A stretch of DNA of 63,970 nt, filler included, from Polymyxa betae A26-41 (taxonomy: Eukaryota > Protista > Endomyxa: Phytomyxea), in the NCBI GenBank assembly GCA_003693705.1. It is 9 parts of 9 records of this genome, joined end to end, with 100 filler letters (N's around TTAATTAATTAA, not from the genome) between each part and the next. Parts side by side here need not be neighbours in the genome. Positions count along the whole stretch, not along the records: positions 37,456 to 47,424 come from RBZT01000193.1; positions 47,525 to 58,495 come from RBZT01000681.1; positions 58,596 to 60,765 come from RBZT01000368.1; 6 more parts are not named here. One strand, 5' to 3'. The notes under the pieces were generated by a model. It was not told where the DNA came from. It did no database searches and saw only the letters and a list, made by a program, of their open reading frames with translations. Shown piece after piece: positions 46,873-58,852 of this stretch (positions are counted from its first letter, which is position 1; every line of letters begins with the position of its first letter). Both the position numbers and the translations under genes were made by a program.

Positions 46873-47524
46873 GCGCTGTGGAGAGATTCCCTGTTGGAGT
46901 TTAGCATTTTTCATAATGAACATACAATGCAACCGCGAATCATGCCTTTTTTTGTAAGCAATCGTACCTTGAATTGGTTGTTTCCATGTGCTATTTGTGA
47001 TTTTATTTTTAATGATGCGATTTGAACTAAAAGCTGACTCCTGCAGATGGTAATAAACTTGCTCGGTAAAAATTTGCACACATGCTATGAGCGCTATCTA
47101 CCCTAGATCACAATAATAAATGAAGATAATGGATAGGGAACCCAGCACAGAAACATCGAATTCGAAGTGCCAGAGGCACGCATGCACCCACAGTCAAACA
47201 ATAGTTTCTGCGCGACTGTGAAATTAAAACTGCGGAGGAGGCTGCGCGTGCTTCAGCAGAAATCTGTATATCCTATATTTAAATATACAGATGCTCATCA
47301 CAGAGTGTTTCTTCATTCTCAGGGCTACGCAAAGGAACGAACATCGACCTAGATTTACATTTGCTCTTATTAATAGTTACACAAACGATATTATTTATTT
47401 GTTGTTTAGACATGCGCTCTGGCGNNNNNNNNNNNNNNNNNNNNNNNNNNNNNNNNNNNNNNNNNNNNTTAATTAATTAANNNNNNNNNNNNNNNNNNNN
47501 NNNNNNNNNNNNNNNNNNNNNNNN

Positions 47525-48194
47525 ATTACGGCTCTGGAATCCGTCCAGGGTAACATTCCAAGTTGGGAATGATTCAATTGAAGAATCCGACCGGCAAAAT
47601 CAGGCGCAAACAGAACGTCACCAGCGGGAGCTTTGTCACCCAGTCGACAAACTCGCTAAGAAATACTTAGCGAATGCCACTGAGAACGCAGAGTTAGTTC
47701 AGCTGATGTTGAGCAGGCAATCGTTGCACAACGAGAGGACTTTAGAGGTGATTAAGCAATGCGAAAACAGATCTCGGCAGGATCGATTGTTGCTGACATC
47801 GTTGATGAGCGAAAGTTCTACTCCCCAATCTATACCGCATTTCAGTGAGGCAGATATAGAAAAGTTTGGACAACGGACGTCCTACCAAGCACAGCTTCGT
47901 GCACCATGGACGGCCCAAGGCAGATCTCAACGCCTAGTGCGCGCCAGATCTCAGCAGGAGACCGAGATCCAGCAAGTGGTTGACGAACAACGTGCTTCTA
48001 ACCAGACTAGAGGTGGGCTACCGGTATGCACGACATGTACGGCTAACGGAAGCCATACTGTCACCGGGCATACAGCCAATACGGCGCGCTGCCCCTACTT
48101 CGTGCCTGTCCACTTTAGCCATCAGCACTTGCGAACAGTAGCTGAGATCAATGCAGATCAGGCAGCAACCGAGTCTGCAATGTTCCGAGAGTAG
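47525..48194 (+). CDS. C-terminal fragment with CxxC...GH....CP knuckle, possibly a Mutator-type transposase tail
   Basis: CTTCTANGSHTVTGHTANTARCP near the C-terminus; 5' end cut by linker. Confidence 0.35.
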
Positions 48195-48469
48195 TTCTGA
48201 ATATCACCGACGCATAAATACAAGTACCGTATATACTACTACGTACGTATGTCCCTAGGAATACAGTTACACATTCACTACTTTTTATGAGCGCACTTTC
48301 AAAATTCGGAAACCCGTTACAGTTTTTTTGCGCTCGGCGATTCGGAGGATTTAGCTTGACGCGAAAAACCGGGTCGGGTACTGGTCGGATCGGGTACCGG
48401 ATAGGGGGTGGTACCCGACCCGACTACCCGTCGGGTAGTTTGATAGGCAAGGACTTTGTTTCTAGGCGT

Positions 48470-48690
48470 TAATAATTACTTCGATTTACGATGTGAGGAT
48501 CCTCCAGTTGATCCGTTAGATTACTGGAAAGCGCACACCCAACAGTTTCCTAATCTCAGCGCTGTGGCAAAAGACATTTTGTCGATTCCGGCTCTTCTGT
48601 AGTTGTCGAGCGAATATTCAATTGCGGCCTTGACGTGATTGGGTTTCGGCGACATTCTTTGAAACAAGAAACCTCTTCTTTGATGATTGG
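48470..48690 (+). mobile_element. hAT transposase C-terminal dimerisation domain remnant
   Basis: DPLDYWKAHTQQFPNLSAVAKDILSIPA..VERIFN......RHSL; ACCCGA/TCGGGT subterminal repeats at 48360-48440. Confidence 0.85.
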
Positions 48691-48696
48691 TAAGTA

Positions 48697-49399
48697 CTAA
48701 ACATGTCCGTTAATGGCATCAAAGTCTGGCCAGTCGCCGGACATTGATACCAAAGTTTGGTGGCGCAGCCTTCGCAAATTTTGGTCCGTGGCGAAACTTG
48801 GCCGAAGTTTTCTACCCTTACAAACCTTGGTGAAAAACTTTGAAGCAATTCGAACCACGGCGGAGGACGTGGCGCAATTTGTCGCCTTTAGAGTGCAATT
48901 TATGACAATGTCGGCCAGCACGTCCAGCGACGACAGCGCTCTCAGCTCGCTGCCCAACATCGACCGTGACGATGGAGTAGAGAATCGGGTGATCGTGCGC
49001 TCGGACCCTCCTTCGGCGAAGAAGGCAAAAACTAGTGTAGTCTGCAACAGAGTAGCTAGCTTATCGCGTACTCCAACTAGCGAATTCACAAACGTTTGGT
49101 CTTCCCCATTCAGCTCATCTGGAGCGAAAAGATACCAAGTATTCGAAGCAGCGGTAGCGACTGCACCAATCGCTGCCAGCTCCTCCACCGTTAGCTCCAA
49201 AAAATCAATAGAATTGGGAGCGTTCAGATGACAGACCTTCCACACGGCGACTACATTACTCGGAATTCGCGCAACATGTATTTTATAAAACTTTGTCCAA
49301 TTTTTGCATTTGCACCTTCAATTACGGACATAAGCAAACTCGGGCCAAGCCCAAATTTTGCTACGCAAAGTTTGGTCTCATTAACGGACATGTCTACTG
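48697..49399. mobile_element. Non-autonomous TIR element (Tc1/pogo-like CAGTA termini)
   Basis: acatgtccgttaatg at the left end versus cattaacggacatgtctactg at the right end, with further imperfect pairing inward. Confidence 0.65.
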
Positions 49400-49479
49400 T
49401 CTGAAAAAATACAGTCCCTTCATCTTTTTGTCTGTTTGCAACCTTTTTTGGATATTGTATGAACAGGTACTGGGTCGGT

Positions 49480-50845
49480 TTTCAGACTTTTAAACCCTTG
49501 CGGTTTGGTTAGATGTTCGTTAATTTTCTTGTTTTATAAATAGCCGGCTTGCTTTAGCCCATAGAAAGCTTTTCTCAAGCGATACACCTTTCCTTTTTCA
49601 ATAATGAAGACCTCTGGTTGTTGCATATATATTTCATCTTCTATATCTCCATTTAGATATGCACGAACAACGTCTACTGCCTTAATTTAAGGCCGTTCAA
49701 TGCAGCTAATGCTAAAATTATTCTTAAGGATTCTTGGTAAGCTACAGGAGCAAATGTTTCTCTATAATTGACGGCGTATTGCTGAGAACAGCCACATGCT
49801 ACTAATCTTGCTTTAAATTTTTCGATTTCACCGCTATTATCCTCTTTGGGTTTTATCGTGAAGACCCATTTTGATTTCACTGATTTGAATCCTTTTGGTA
49901 GTTGCTGAAGCTCATGTGCCATAACTCTTTAGGGTTTCCATCTCTTTCAGCATAGCGTCTTTCCAATACGCTCCGGGATCTGAATGTATTGCTTCGTGGA
50001 CATTGTTGGGAACTGCGATTTCACCGACTAGACGCCCTTGAAGACATGGACGTTTTAAATCGAATAGGCATGTCACATCCGGAACGTACTTGTCCTCGGC
50101 AAGGTTCGTGCTCGCCTTTGTCATGCTTCTAGTGTTCATGGACCGCTGGGGTCTGTTTATGGTATCGAGTTTCTCTCAATTTTCAGCTGGAGCATTATGT
50201 TGTTGCTGCATCGAAGGAGTCGTGGTATTGGGATTAGTCGTCTCGCAGGGATTTTCAGATGGAACATGATGCTGTGTTGCATTAAAGGAGTCGTGATATT
50301 GGCCGGATTAATCGTCTCGCCGCTATTATCCTCTAAGAACGTAAACGACTTCTCATCGAAGATAGCATCTCGACTACATTTCTCGATCTTCAGTTCCGGT
50401 ATCCATCAACGGTAAGCTTTTTGATTCGAAGCATAGCCTATGAACACAGCGCGATATGCTCTTGACAGGAGTTTAGGTCTGTGTGGCTTTCTCGGACGTA
50501 AGATCCAAGCGTTGCACCCAGACACGCGAAGATGCTCGAGGTTAATACTCTGGTTGGACCAAGCTTCGTAAGGTGGAATCCTGTTTCCTAGAGCACTATG
50601 GGGGCGCCGATTTAGAAGATGTACAGCGGTAAGCACGCTCTAAGGCCAGTATTAAGCTCGAGCATCTTCGCGTGTTTGGGTGCAACGCTTGGATCTTACG
50701 TCCAAGAAAGCCACCTAGACCTAAAATCCTGTCAAGAGCATATCGCGCTGTGTTCATAGGCTATGCTTCGAATCAAAAAGCTTACCGTTTCTGGATACCG
50801 GAACTGAAGATCTAGAGATGTAGTCGAGATGCTATCTTCGATGAG
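49480..50845 (-). mobile_element. Ty1/copia remnant (integrase C-terminus, RT) with an inverted duplication
   Basis: AVHLLNRRPHSAL...PYEAW, FIGYASNQKAYR, KWVF..K..KFKARLVACG, ETFAPVA. Confidence 0.9.
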
Positions 50846-50849
50846 GTAC

Positions 50850-51101
50850 AGCCCGGTATCCGACTCGGAAAACCGGGTCGGGTACCGGAGAGTGGCAGGT
50901 ACCCGACCCGTTAGTACCCGGTCGGAGCCCTACCCCTGGTCGTCTTAGCAGTTGAAAATTTCTTAAATCCGACACGAACGATCCAGGAATGGACAGTATG
51001 TCTTTTTCGACAAAAGATGTCGCATGCGATGTAATGTAATATAAAGGATCAACAGAAGAATCCTCGCAGCGCAAGTTCAAATAATTGTCGTCCTCGTCCA
51101 T
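50850..51101 (-). mobile_element. Second hAT remnant (dimerisation domain fragment plus terminal motif)
   Basis: NYLNLRCEDSSVDPL...KDILSIPGS is paralogous to 48470. CCGGTCGGAGCCCTA terminus near 50931, also seen near 9214 and 51518. Confidence 0.7.
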
Positions 51102-52041
51102 TATTGGCCTTCACAAACGCATTGAGAGAACATCGAGGTAAGTGAAAAAAAGAGAATCTTCACCAGCTGCCCCTGTGGTAGCGGTGGGGACCTGTTCAGC
51201 AGTACCAATTTCTCCCAATCGGTCACTTTTTCTCCCAATTAGAGATTATCAGAAGTGAAACAGGTTCGATGAAGTCTGAGTAATCAATATTGAAGTCTTT
51301 TTTTTGAATAGTTGCGAAAGCGTCGGTGAAGAAATGAGTGCTTTGCTCTTGCGGGTTGCCATATTCCTGACTGCAATGATGCAACTTGACAAAATACACA
51401 AATGGGAGCTGAACGTAAACCCGTGCGCGGTTTATACAACAAAAAATATTAACCGTCGGATACAGTCGAGTAGTCGGGTCGGGTTTCGACCCGCTACCCG
51501 AACCCGATCGGAGCCCAACGTGGCTGTTCGTTTGGGGGATGGACGGTCGGGGTTTCTGGACGTTGGCGACGGCTCAGTTTTGTTCGAGGAGTTTCCGACC
51601 TAGCATTGCGACCTCTGCTGTCACGCTGCCCAGGGTCTCGTTTAGGACGAACCCTTCCCCCCCAAGCGATCAGCAGAAATGGATCAGATCCATAAAACAA
51701 CTTGATTTGTCTAGCAATGCTTTTAGTTCTAGCTGGCTGCCCTTTCATAGCTTCNNTTTCGAATTGTATTCTGGAATACTTCTACTCATCCACAGGGTAA
51801 CCATCTAAAATTGTAAATCTCTAGCCGTCTTTGTCTGCGGAATGTTCGTTAAAGCAGCGATCCGTACCGGATCAGGAGACAATCCTTTAGTTGAAAACAT
51901 GCTTCCACAATATTTCACCTCGGTTGAAAAAAATTCACACTTATCAGTATTAAACTTAATATTGCTTTGTGTACACAGACGAAAACTCTTTAAACCATTG
52001 ATCTAAATTGAAGCATGAGCCTAATGGACGGTTCCTGAAAT

Positions 52042-52421
52042 TCAATCTAGGAATTCCCTGACTAAATCGGAGCAACAATCTTCGCATGCAGAATCCTGCT
52101 CTGGCATGAAGGTGTCTAGCATCCCTCGCTCGTTTATCATCCTGTAGATCCTTTTCGCATCGCGGATGTGAGGGGGACAGTTGGGGTCTCCAGTAGGCAA
52201 CTTTTTGTCACGAAGCTCTCTAAATTTTTCTTGAGGGCTTCTCCAGAACGAGACTGGCCGGTGGCTTTGTGATATTCCATAGCGACTACTTCCCACTCTT
52301 CTGCTCCAATCGGTTTATATTTCATACAGAACATGTTCAGCGTGTTTAGATTTTCAATTGAAAAATTTACAGCTCCAGGAGCACGCCCTTTCTTCACTTT
52401 AACGTCTTTGAGATCAGCCAT
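52042..52421 (-). pseudogene. Accessory Myb-like (DUF6818-like) protein of the element, frameshifted
   Basis: GRAPGAVNFS..KPIGAEEWEVV..R..EALKKK / FRELRDKKLPTGDPNCPPHIRDAKRI. Confidence 0.75.
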
Positions 52422-52626
52422 ACTTGATCAACACGACGATTACAAGAGTGATTCCTCGTGACCAAATGCTGCACTCTGAACCTGGCGTCTTTGGAGAAAA
52501 CATCTTCTTGCGGTAGCTTTCAGAAAAGCGCGGGCAACGAATGTTCTGTCGACTGTCGCAGGGTGTGAGCTAGCCACGACTGAATCCTGGACGTTTAAAT
52601 AAACTGCTTTTTATTATCAATCTGCG

Positions 52627-53869
52627 ATGTTGTGGCTTATTTTTATGATCAAGCAGCGTCGTCGCCGCCATTTAGTCAGGAATATGTCGACACACAACAA
52701 GATTCCCCGAGCATCGTTGCTATGGCCCACTAATTCTCCACGGAGAATGCTGTGGGGCAGTGGTCACGACTCAGCTTTGCTTGTGGCGACCGGGTTTGAT
52801 CACGTCGCGTTCCGTCAATTATTAATGCGATTCGAACCTGAACATCTGCTGTATACGCCGCATTCAAAAGATGGTTTCATCGGAGCTCGACGTAGCAACC
52901 AGGGTCGTCGTCGTTTAATGCGATGCGAAGACAATCTAGGATTGGTGTTTCTCTGGTGCCGAACTAGGTATTACTGTGGGCCTGATTGCTTCTCCTCGAT
53001 GATGCTGATACTGTGCATGCATAGATGCCCAATCTGGGTATTGACAATGATTTTCGGGGTCACGTCATCGGTATGTGAAACCTATCTAAAATTTGGTATT
53101 CACATCCTCGATAATGTCCCTGTCAAGATGGTCGAGGCACGCATCGTCGTTCCAGATGCTGTGACAATGCCACAATTCATCGAAGCGATTAGGGAGAGGC
53201 ACAATTTGCTTGATAATTTCTGGGCGGTAGTTGATGGCCTTAAACTTTACCTTTCTGAATGCGGTGATTGCTTGATACAGAACGCGTACTACAGCGGTTG
53301 GACGGCCGACTGCTATATTGGAAACCTGTTCGTTTTCACCCCGAACGGCTGCATAGCATTCCGGATTCTGAATGCTCCTGGTTTCCGATGCTTACGTACA
53401 TGAAATTCAGATACGTTTGATTTTATTCTCATTTAGGGAGTTGGCATGATGCAGAAATTGCGAAAGCAGGCGGGCTCTATGAAACCTTCAACGCGATGTA
53501 CGAACAGTTCGGAGCTAAAGTGATCGCCGATTCCGCATTTCCCCAAGGCGGCTATTGCTCAATTGCTCGTGCCTCGAAGGCGAACGAAGATGGACCACAG
53601 AATGCACAAGAGCTCGGATTCGAGCAGCAACTCACCAATGCCCGACAGCCAGCAGAGTGGGGAATGCGGGCAATGCAAGGCGGATTCCCTCGCCTCAAGG
53701 CCCGTTTTCCTTATGAAGAACGGGGTCACCGACGAATTGTGATGCGTATGATATCAGCGCTGCACACTCGCGCACCAGGATGGTTGGCATAAACCAAATC
53801 CGCAACGCTTATATGCCCGAGCTGAAAAAGGAGGCAGAAGGAATCTTCAATCTCCCGCATTATGAATAA
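52627..53869 (+). CDS. DDE_Tnp_4-type transposase (2 introns, 3' frameshift)
   Basis: VVDGLKL, QNAYYSGW, NAPG|SWHD, IADSAF, RQPAEWGMRAMQGGFPRLK. Confidence 0.85.
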
Positions 53870-55056
53870 AATGACCCTAATAAAAATCTAGAGAAAATGT
53901 ATTTCCGGGACCGATTGGCGTTTAGGGCTGCCTAAACCGAAATCTTCGAGTCACAGATATTTACTCTAGGAATTCCTAGATTGAATTTCAGGAACCGTCC
54001 AATAAATCATCAATCCAGAGTAATATTCTTATCAAATATGAGCTCAAAAACTTCATGCAACTTGGACTGAAACTGAATGGCAGATTTCAGTGCTCCTTGT
54101 ATAGATCTTCTAAGAGTAAAGATAGCTCTACCTGTCATGAAAGAGAGCATCTCTTGACATTTTCTGCAAGAGGCCTAAGCCAGAAGCCTTTGAAAGCATC
54201 CAACGTGAACCAAAATTTTGAATTACACAAATGTGTCACTATAGACTCTGAATAAGGCATGCTCCAAACAGTACTGTCAAACATGGCGTTTTTGCTTGTA
54301 AATCTACGCACATTCTTTGATCACCACCTTCTCTTTTTACCACCAATACTGGTGGAGCCCATTTTGAATTTTGGTTTTCATATTGCCGGTTTCAATTATT
54401 CTGCCCTATGGATGTTGAGAGTAAACCGGGGGGCGCACATTCTTAATCCTATCTGATTCACAGAGATTATTCCAATAACGCAATTTTGTTTGGGCTCCCT
54501 GAGAGGCCATTTGTTTCAAAAGAGGATTTTGTCATCTAATAAACCAGATTTTCATTAAATCTCGTTTGCGAATCGTGAAAATATTTTTTATGGTCTTGCA
54601 GCTCCTCAATGTAAAAACAAGGATTGCTTTTTATAGGCCAGTGAGCTGATAGTTGACGAGTATTGACAGCTGTTACGGTGCTCTTGAACGACTCCATCCA
54701 TATTCGTAAAGACCTTTTAAAAACCCCAGTAATCAAAGACACATTTTTTCTTGTGAATACGGATAGACATGGTCCAGAATGAGGCATCTCTATCGCTAAT
54801 CTTACCCAAACATAAAGAAAGCTGTGTAAAAATCACAAAATTGCCTTCAAAATCACAAGCTAAGGAAACCCAGGAGCGCTACGGAGAGGTGGCAAAATAG
54901 AACACTTGGATGTGGCCGAAGTTGCTCGATTTGCTTTATTTCGGCATTCTCAAAGCTCTTAATCCAGCAAACTGCCCGGATTTACAAAAACTCAGTCAAT
55001 TTAAATTAGATCTTAACTGCGTCTCGTCACAGTACAGTTCTTAGATCTACAAATAA

Positions 55057-56750
55057 TGTCATGTTGATAAAGCGACACTCTGAATCCTTGTTGTTCTTAC
55101 CAGCTTGTCTTGTTCTTAGTCTCGTTCATCCCTTATCTGTCATTCTCTTGCACAAGGGTTTATCACTCCTATTTGGTTTTGGGCCCAATATATGCTTGTT
55201 GGTGATATATTGAATTTGAGAATTGCCAAAATCCCAAAGTTCACGATCTCATGGATAACATTCAACTTTAGTCTGCCATGGAGCAGATGCAACTCCAGCT
55301 CAACGAATTGGATTTTCAAAACCGTTACCTCTCCGGGCAACTTGCGGAAACGGTTTCGAATCGAGAACAATCTGGCACTGTCGCTCTATCGACTCAACGC
55401 GAACCGAAGGTTTCTCTCCCCGAAAAATTCACAGGCAGCCCATCGCAGCTGCGCGAATTCGTTGAACAACAGGACAACATATTCCTTCTCCAGACAGATA
55501 CATTTCCTATAAATGATGGAACCAAAGGCGTCCGATTCCAGGCGACGATGCTCACGGAGACCGCCCACGATTGGTGAGTTGGGTTTAATTCCAATGCTGC
55601 CAACGCAGATCTCCTTACTAATTACCAAAATTTTATAAAGTCTTCAAGCACGCGTTTGAAAACCAAGGCCTCGAGGCCAAAGCCATTACCTGGCTAAAGA
55701 AAGCCAACCAGGGAAAGACCTCCCTTGACACTTTCACTTCTACCTTCCGTCTTATAGTTGCCGATGCGGGCTGGGACGATAAAACAGCTCGCGACACTCT
55801 TCGTCGCGCTTTGAATCCGGAGATGCGCATGCTGCTCCTCTCAAAAACGCAGGTGTCATCTCTGGCTGAACTTATCAGTCAGGCAACAGGCGCCGCCGCT
55901 GTCCTCGAAGATTATCACATTTCTGGTGATCCTTAGGCCGCTACTACTCCTTCTGCGTCCAGCACGCCTAGGGATTTGGATGTAATTATCATGCAAAGAA
56001 TGCAATTATCATGCAAAGAATCAATGCAGTTCTGAATCGTAACACTGCAACAGCCACGTCGAAATTCTGGCCCTCTCGTCCCCTTGGATGCGACGACACG
56101 TAAGAATAAAATGGATCATGACTTGTATTTATATGGAAGGTGCGAGGGTCATGTCGCTGAAGACTTCCCCAAATTAAAGGCCCGCAACGCCTCCCGAATG
56201 AATCCCGCCCTTCAGAAAACGCCGATGGACAGGCCTGATCCGGCGGTCTCCCCTGTCCCTATCATTACACGAGAACATTATTCCAGCAACCCCAAATCCC
56301 GCCTTCTCCTCCACACATTCGTCCTCTACCGCAGTACAGCATCGCTATCCTCAAAGCCACCAATTCATCCTTGGCAGCAGCGATTCGTGTTCAACAACCG
56401 CTCAACATGATTGTCTCACCATCCCTGTTTTTATCCAACGCCATTTAATATCAGCCCTGATTGACGATGCTGCTTCCTGATGCTTCATGGGCAAAGAACT
56501 CGCGCTTAATCTAGCAATTCCTCTTGTAAAAAAAACTGTCCCAACATATGTTCGCGCTATTGACGGTCGCCTGCTTGAGCCAATCGTTTTCGAAAGCGCT
56601 CCTGTGCGCATGACTTTCAGCGAATCGCGACACACGGAAATGATCGCTTTTAACATCATCTCGTCTCCCCATTTTCCCTTAATGCAGGGAATTTCCTGGC
56701 TCAAACTTCACAGCCTTAAAATTGATTGGAGCAACATGTCCCTTTGTGAC
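55057..56750 (+). mobile_element. Ty3/gypsy-type gag and aspartic protease remnant
   Basis: EPKVSLPEKFTG..QLREF, LTETAHDW; ISALIDDAA..F, V.AIDGR, GISWLKLH..IDW. Confidence 0.8.
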
Positions 56751-56759
56751 CGAAACTTC

Positions 56760-57530
56760 CAGTCTTCATGGTGATACCGAATTTAATACGACGTCGCTTC
56801 AAAATAACGCCTCTCTTGATCCCGAAATCGCATCCGATTATTCTAGTTAAATATCTTTGGCGAAGCGAGGTCTCCAGCACTACCGCCTCAGACATCGCAA
56901 TCACCAGGACGTTGCCAAACTTAGGACCAAGGAGCTCGCTCTTATTATGGGCCTTGACGACGATTTTCCGATTGCGACGCTCATAGAGCTGTCATCGGGT
57001 GGTCCTGACTGCGAGTCTTGCGCTCTTGGTAAAACCAAAGGCGACCATTTCCCCACTCTAAGAAACCAAATGATTTCGACATTGTCGAGCGGATTGTTCT
57101 TGATGCCTGTGGCCCTCTTCCAGTCTGTTCACTCAACGGGAAACGCTACTTTATCACTTTTTCCGACGACAAAAGCAGTTACAGATATATATTTCTTCTC
57201 AAACATAAATCCGAAGCTCTGGATGCCTTCAAACGTTTTAAACTTCAGTTGGAAAAACGGACCTCTAAGCAGATAAAAATTCTTTTCGGCAACAGTGCCA
57301 GCAAGTTTCTGTCAGCTCAGTTCACCGACTTTCTTCAGCAAGAAAGTATTACCTGGCAGTCGACTGTCACTCACTCATCGGAACAGAACGGAATCGCTGA
57401 AAGGGATCATCTGACTCTCATGGACTCGGTCCGAAGCATGCTTATTCATTCGCGACGGCCCACACAGTTCTGGGGTCCAGCGGTTCTCGCCGCCACAAAC
57501 CTTCATAACATCTGCCAGCATCGACCAAGA
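56760..57530 (+). mobile_element. Ty1/copia GAG-pre-integrase and integrase core remnant
   Basis: HYRLRH.N...CESCALGK, RYFITFSDD.S, EQNGIAER...LMDSVRSML...FW..AV.AA. Confidence 0.85.
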
Positions 57531-57659
57531 TTCGTAGCAGGTAAAGTGCTATCATCATCACGGACGATTTCACCTTGCTGGAGTGGCTTATCCTGGTAGG
57601 TGTGGCAATCTACTCGTCAGTGCACACTATCTGTGGGTGAAATCAAAATCGATCCTTCA

Positions 57660-58183
57660 ATCCAGTTCCAGGACGGTTGCTCCGCCACGGGGTCCGTGGT
57701 GGAGTCGTCCCGATTATTAGTGTTTATATATAATAAAAATATAGGTCTTTTTCTGGAAATTACTGTATTAATTGACACACTCCTCTCCTCGAAAGAACTT
57801 GTCTTGAAAAAATCCGACCTAGGGTTTAGGGTTTTAGGGTTTCATCAAAGTCGCGCGACTAAGAGGACTCAGATTCTGCGTACGCAGTTCCGAACCTTTT
57901 AACGCATATTTGAGTCATCCTCCAGCTGTTCTTCATATTATCAAATCTGTCTTCAGTCATCATAATCATCTGTCTTCAGTCATCATACTCTTCTGTGCTA
58001 GCCATCAAGATTCATCATGAAGATTCATCAATCTTCATTCCTCATTACTGTTGCTCTCATCAAGCAAGTCTTCAGAGTATCATCCATCAATTTCCGAATC
58101 TACCATCATTGTCCAATATTGACTTGACCTATATAAATAATTAGAGATTATTTATCGTATATATATAAGGAGTCTGACTCACA
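57660..58183 (-). mobile_element. Gypsy terminal (LTR-like) sequence with internal telomeric repeats; homolog of 60185-60715
   Basis: Reverse-complement similarity (ggtctttttctggaaat, attgacacactcctctc, catctgtcttca); TTTAGGG tract at 57820-57842. Confidence 0.7.
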
Positions 58184-58248
58184 TTAATATGGCAATCTGA
58201 CTACGCAAAAATAACTGCGACCACTGTGCGTATACAGTCGCTCATTGG

Positions 58249-58495
58249 GTGGCAGACAAACATCTGTCCATACAGATCGGTAGAGGAATGGCCTTCACTA
58301 CTGGCCCATTCGCAGCTCAGGCTCAGCGAATACTTGATCATGAAGAGCAGTTTACTCGTAAAAATACAAGGCTTGCTTATGATCGTAAAGGTCAGGAGTT
58401 CCTTGCGTTTTGCAACGAGATGTATGCCAGCCACGACTTCCCGACAACTGTCACTGAAGAGGTTTTCGGCTTCCTTTATTACCAAGCTTATAGAC
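58249..58495 (+). mobile_element. N-terminus of a Crypton/NDC10-like tyrosine recombinase, cut by contig end
   Basis: RKNTRLAYDRKGQEFLAFC........TVTEE(K)VFGFLYYQAYR, matching the T..AY..K..EF..FC..VTEEK..FL pattern. Confidence 0.7.
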
Positions 58496-58595
58496 NNNNN
58501 NNNNNNNNNNNNNNNNNNNNNNNNNNNNNNNNNNNNNNNTTAATTAATTAANNNNNNNNNNNNNNNNNNNNNNNNNNNNNNNNNNNNNNNNNNNN

Positions 58596-58852
58596 GCAAT
58601 AGAGAGTCGGAGACGAGATGAGAAACGTATGAATTTTGGAGTTGATCGGAATGGTTGCGTGGAGGCCGCTCCTCGCCATTCATAGTAGGGAGACGAGGGG
58701 ACCCGCGCAGTCCGTGACAGTTAGGGCTCTTCCCCTATAGGAATCGTCAGCAGGGGCGCAGCCCTCTGCGCAGCCCCTCAGGAAGGGCCAGTACGACTGC
58801 CTGGTGGTCGGCTGGGCGGCTGCGAGTACTGTCATGCTCAATGAGCATGACA
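58596..58852. mobile_element. LTR fragment inserted in a gypsy integrase zinc finger
   Basis: Matches 15923-16054 and ends ...GCATGACA; integrase homology (SGHLGYQA) resumes at 58853. Confidence 0.75.

Larger units (their letters stand above)
52026..54000 (+). mobile_element. Complete PIF/Harbinger-superfamily (Pangu-like) DNA transposon, 1975 bp
   Basis: Perfect 32-bp TIR GGACGGTTCCTGAAATTCAATCTAGGAATTCC, 3-bp TSD AAT (52023-52025 and 54001-54003), two divergent genes. Confidence 0.95.
51620..55000 (-). mobile_element. Gypsy RT remnant split by the 52026-54000 DNA transposon
   Basis: FWFTLDAFKGFW..PLAE (about 54200), WIDDL|LG across the insertion, then KCEFF..EVKYCG, KTARDLQ, WMSRSIPEYN (about 51800). 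Paralog of the 33-kb element. Confidence 0.85.
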
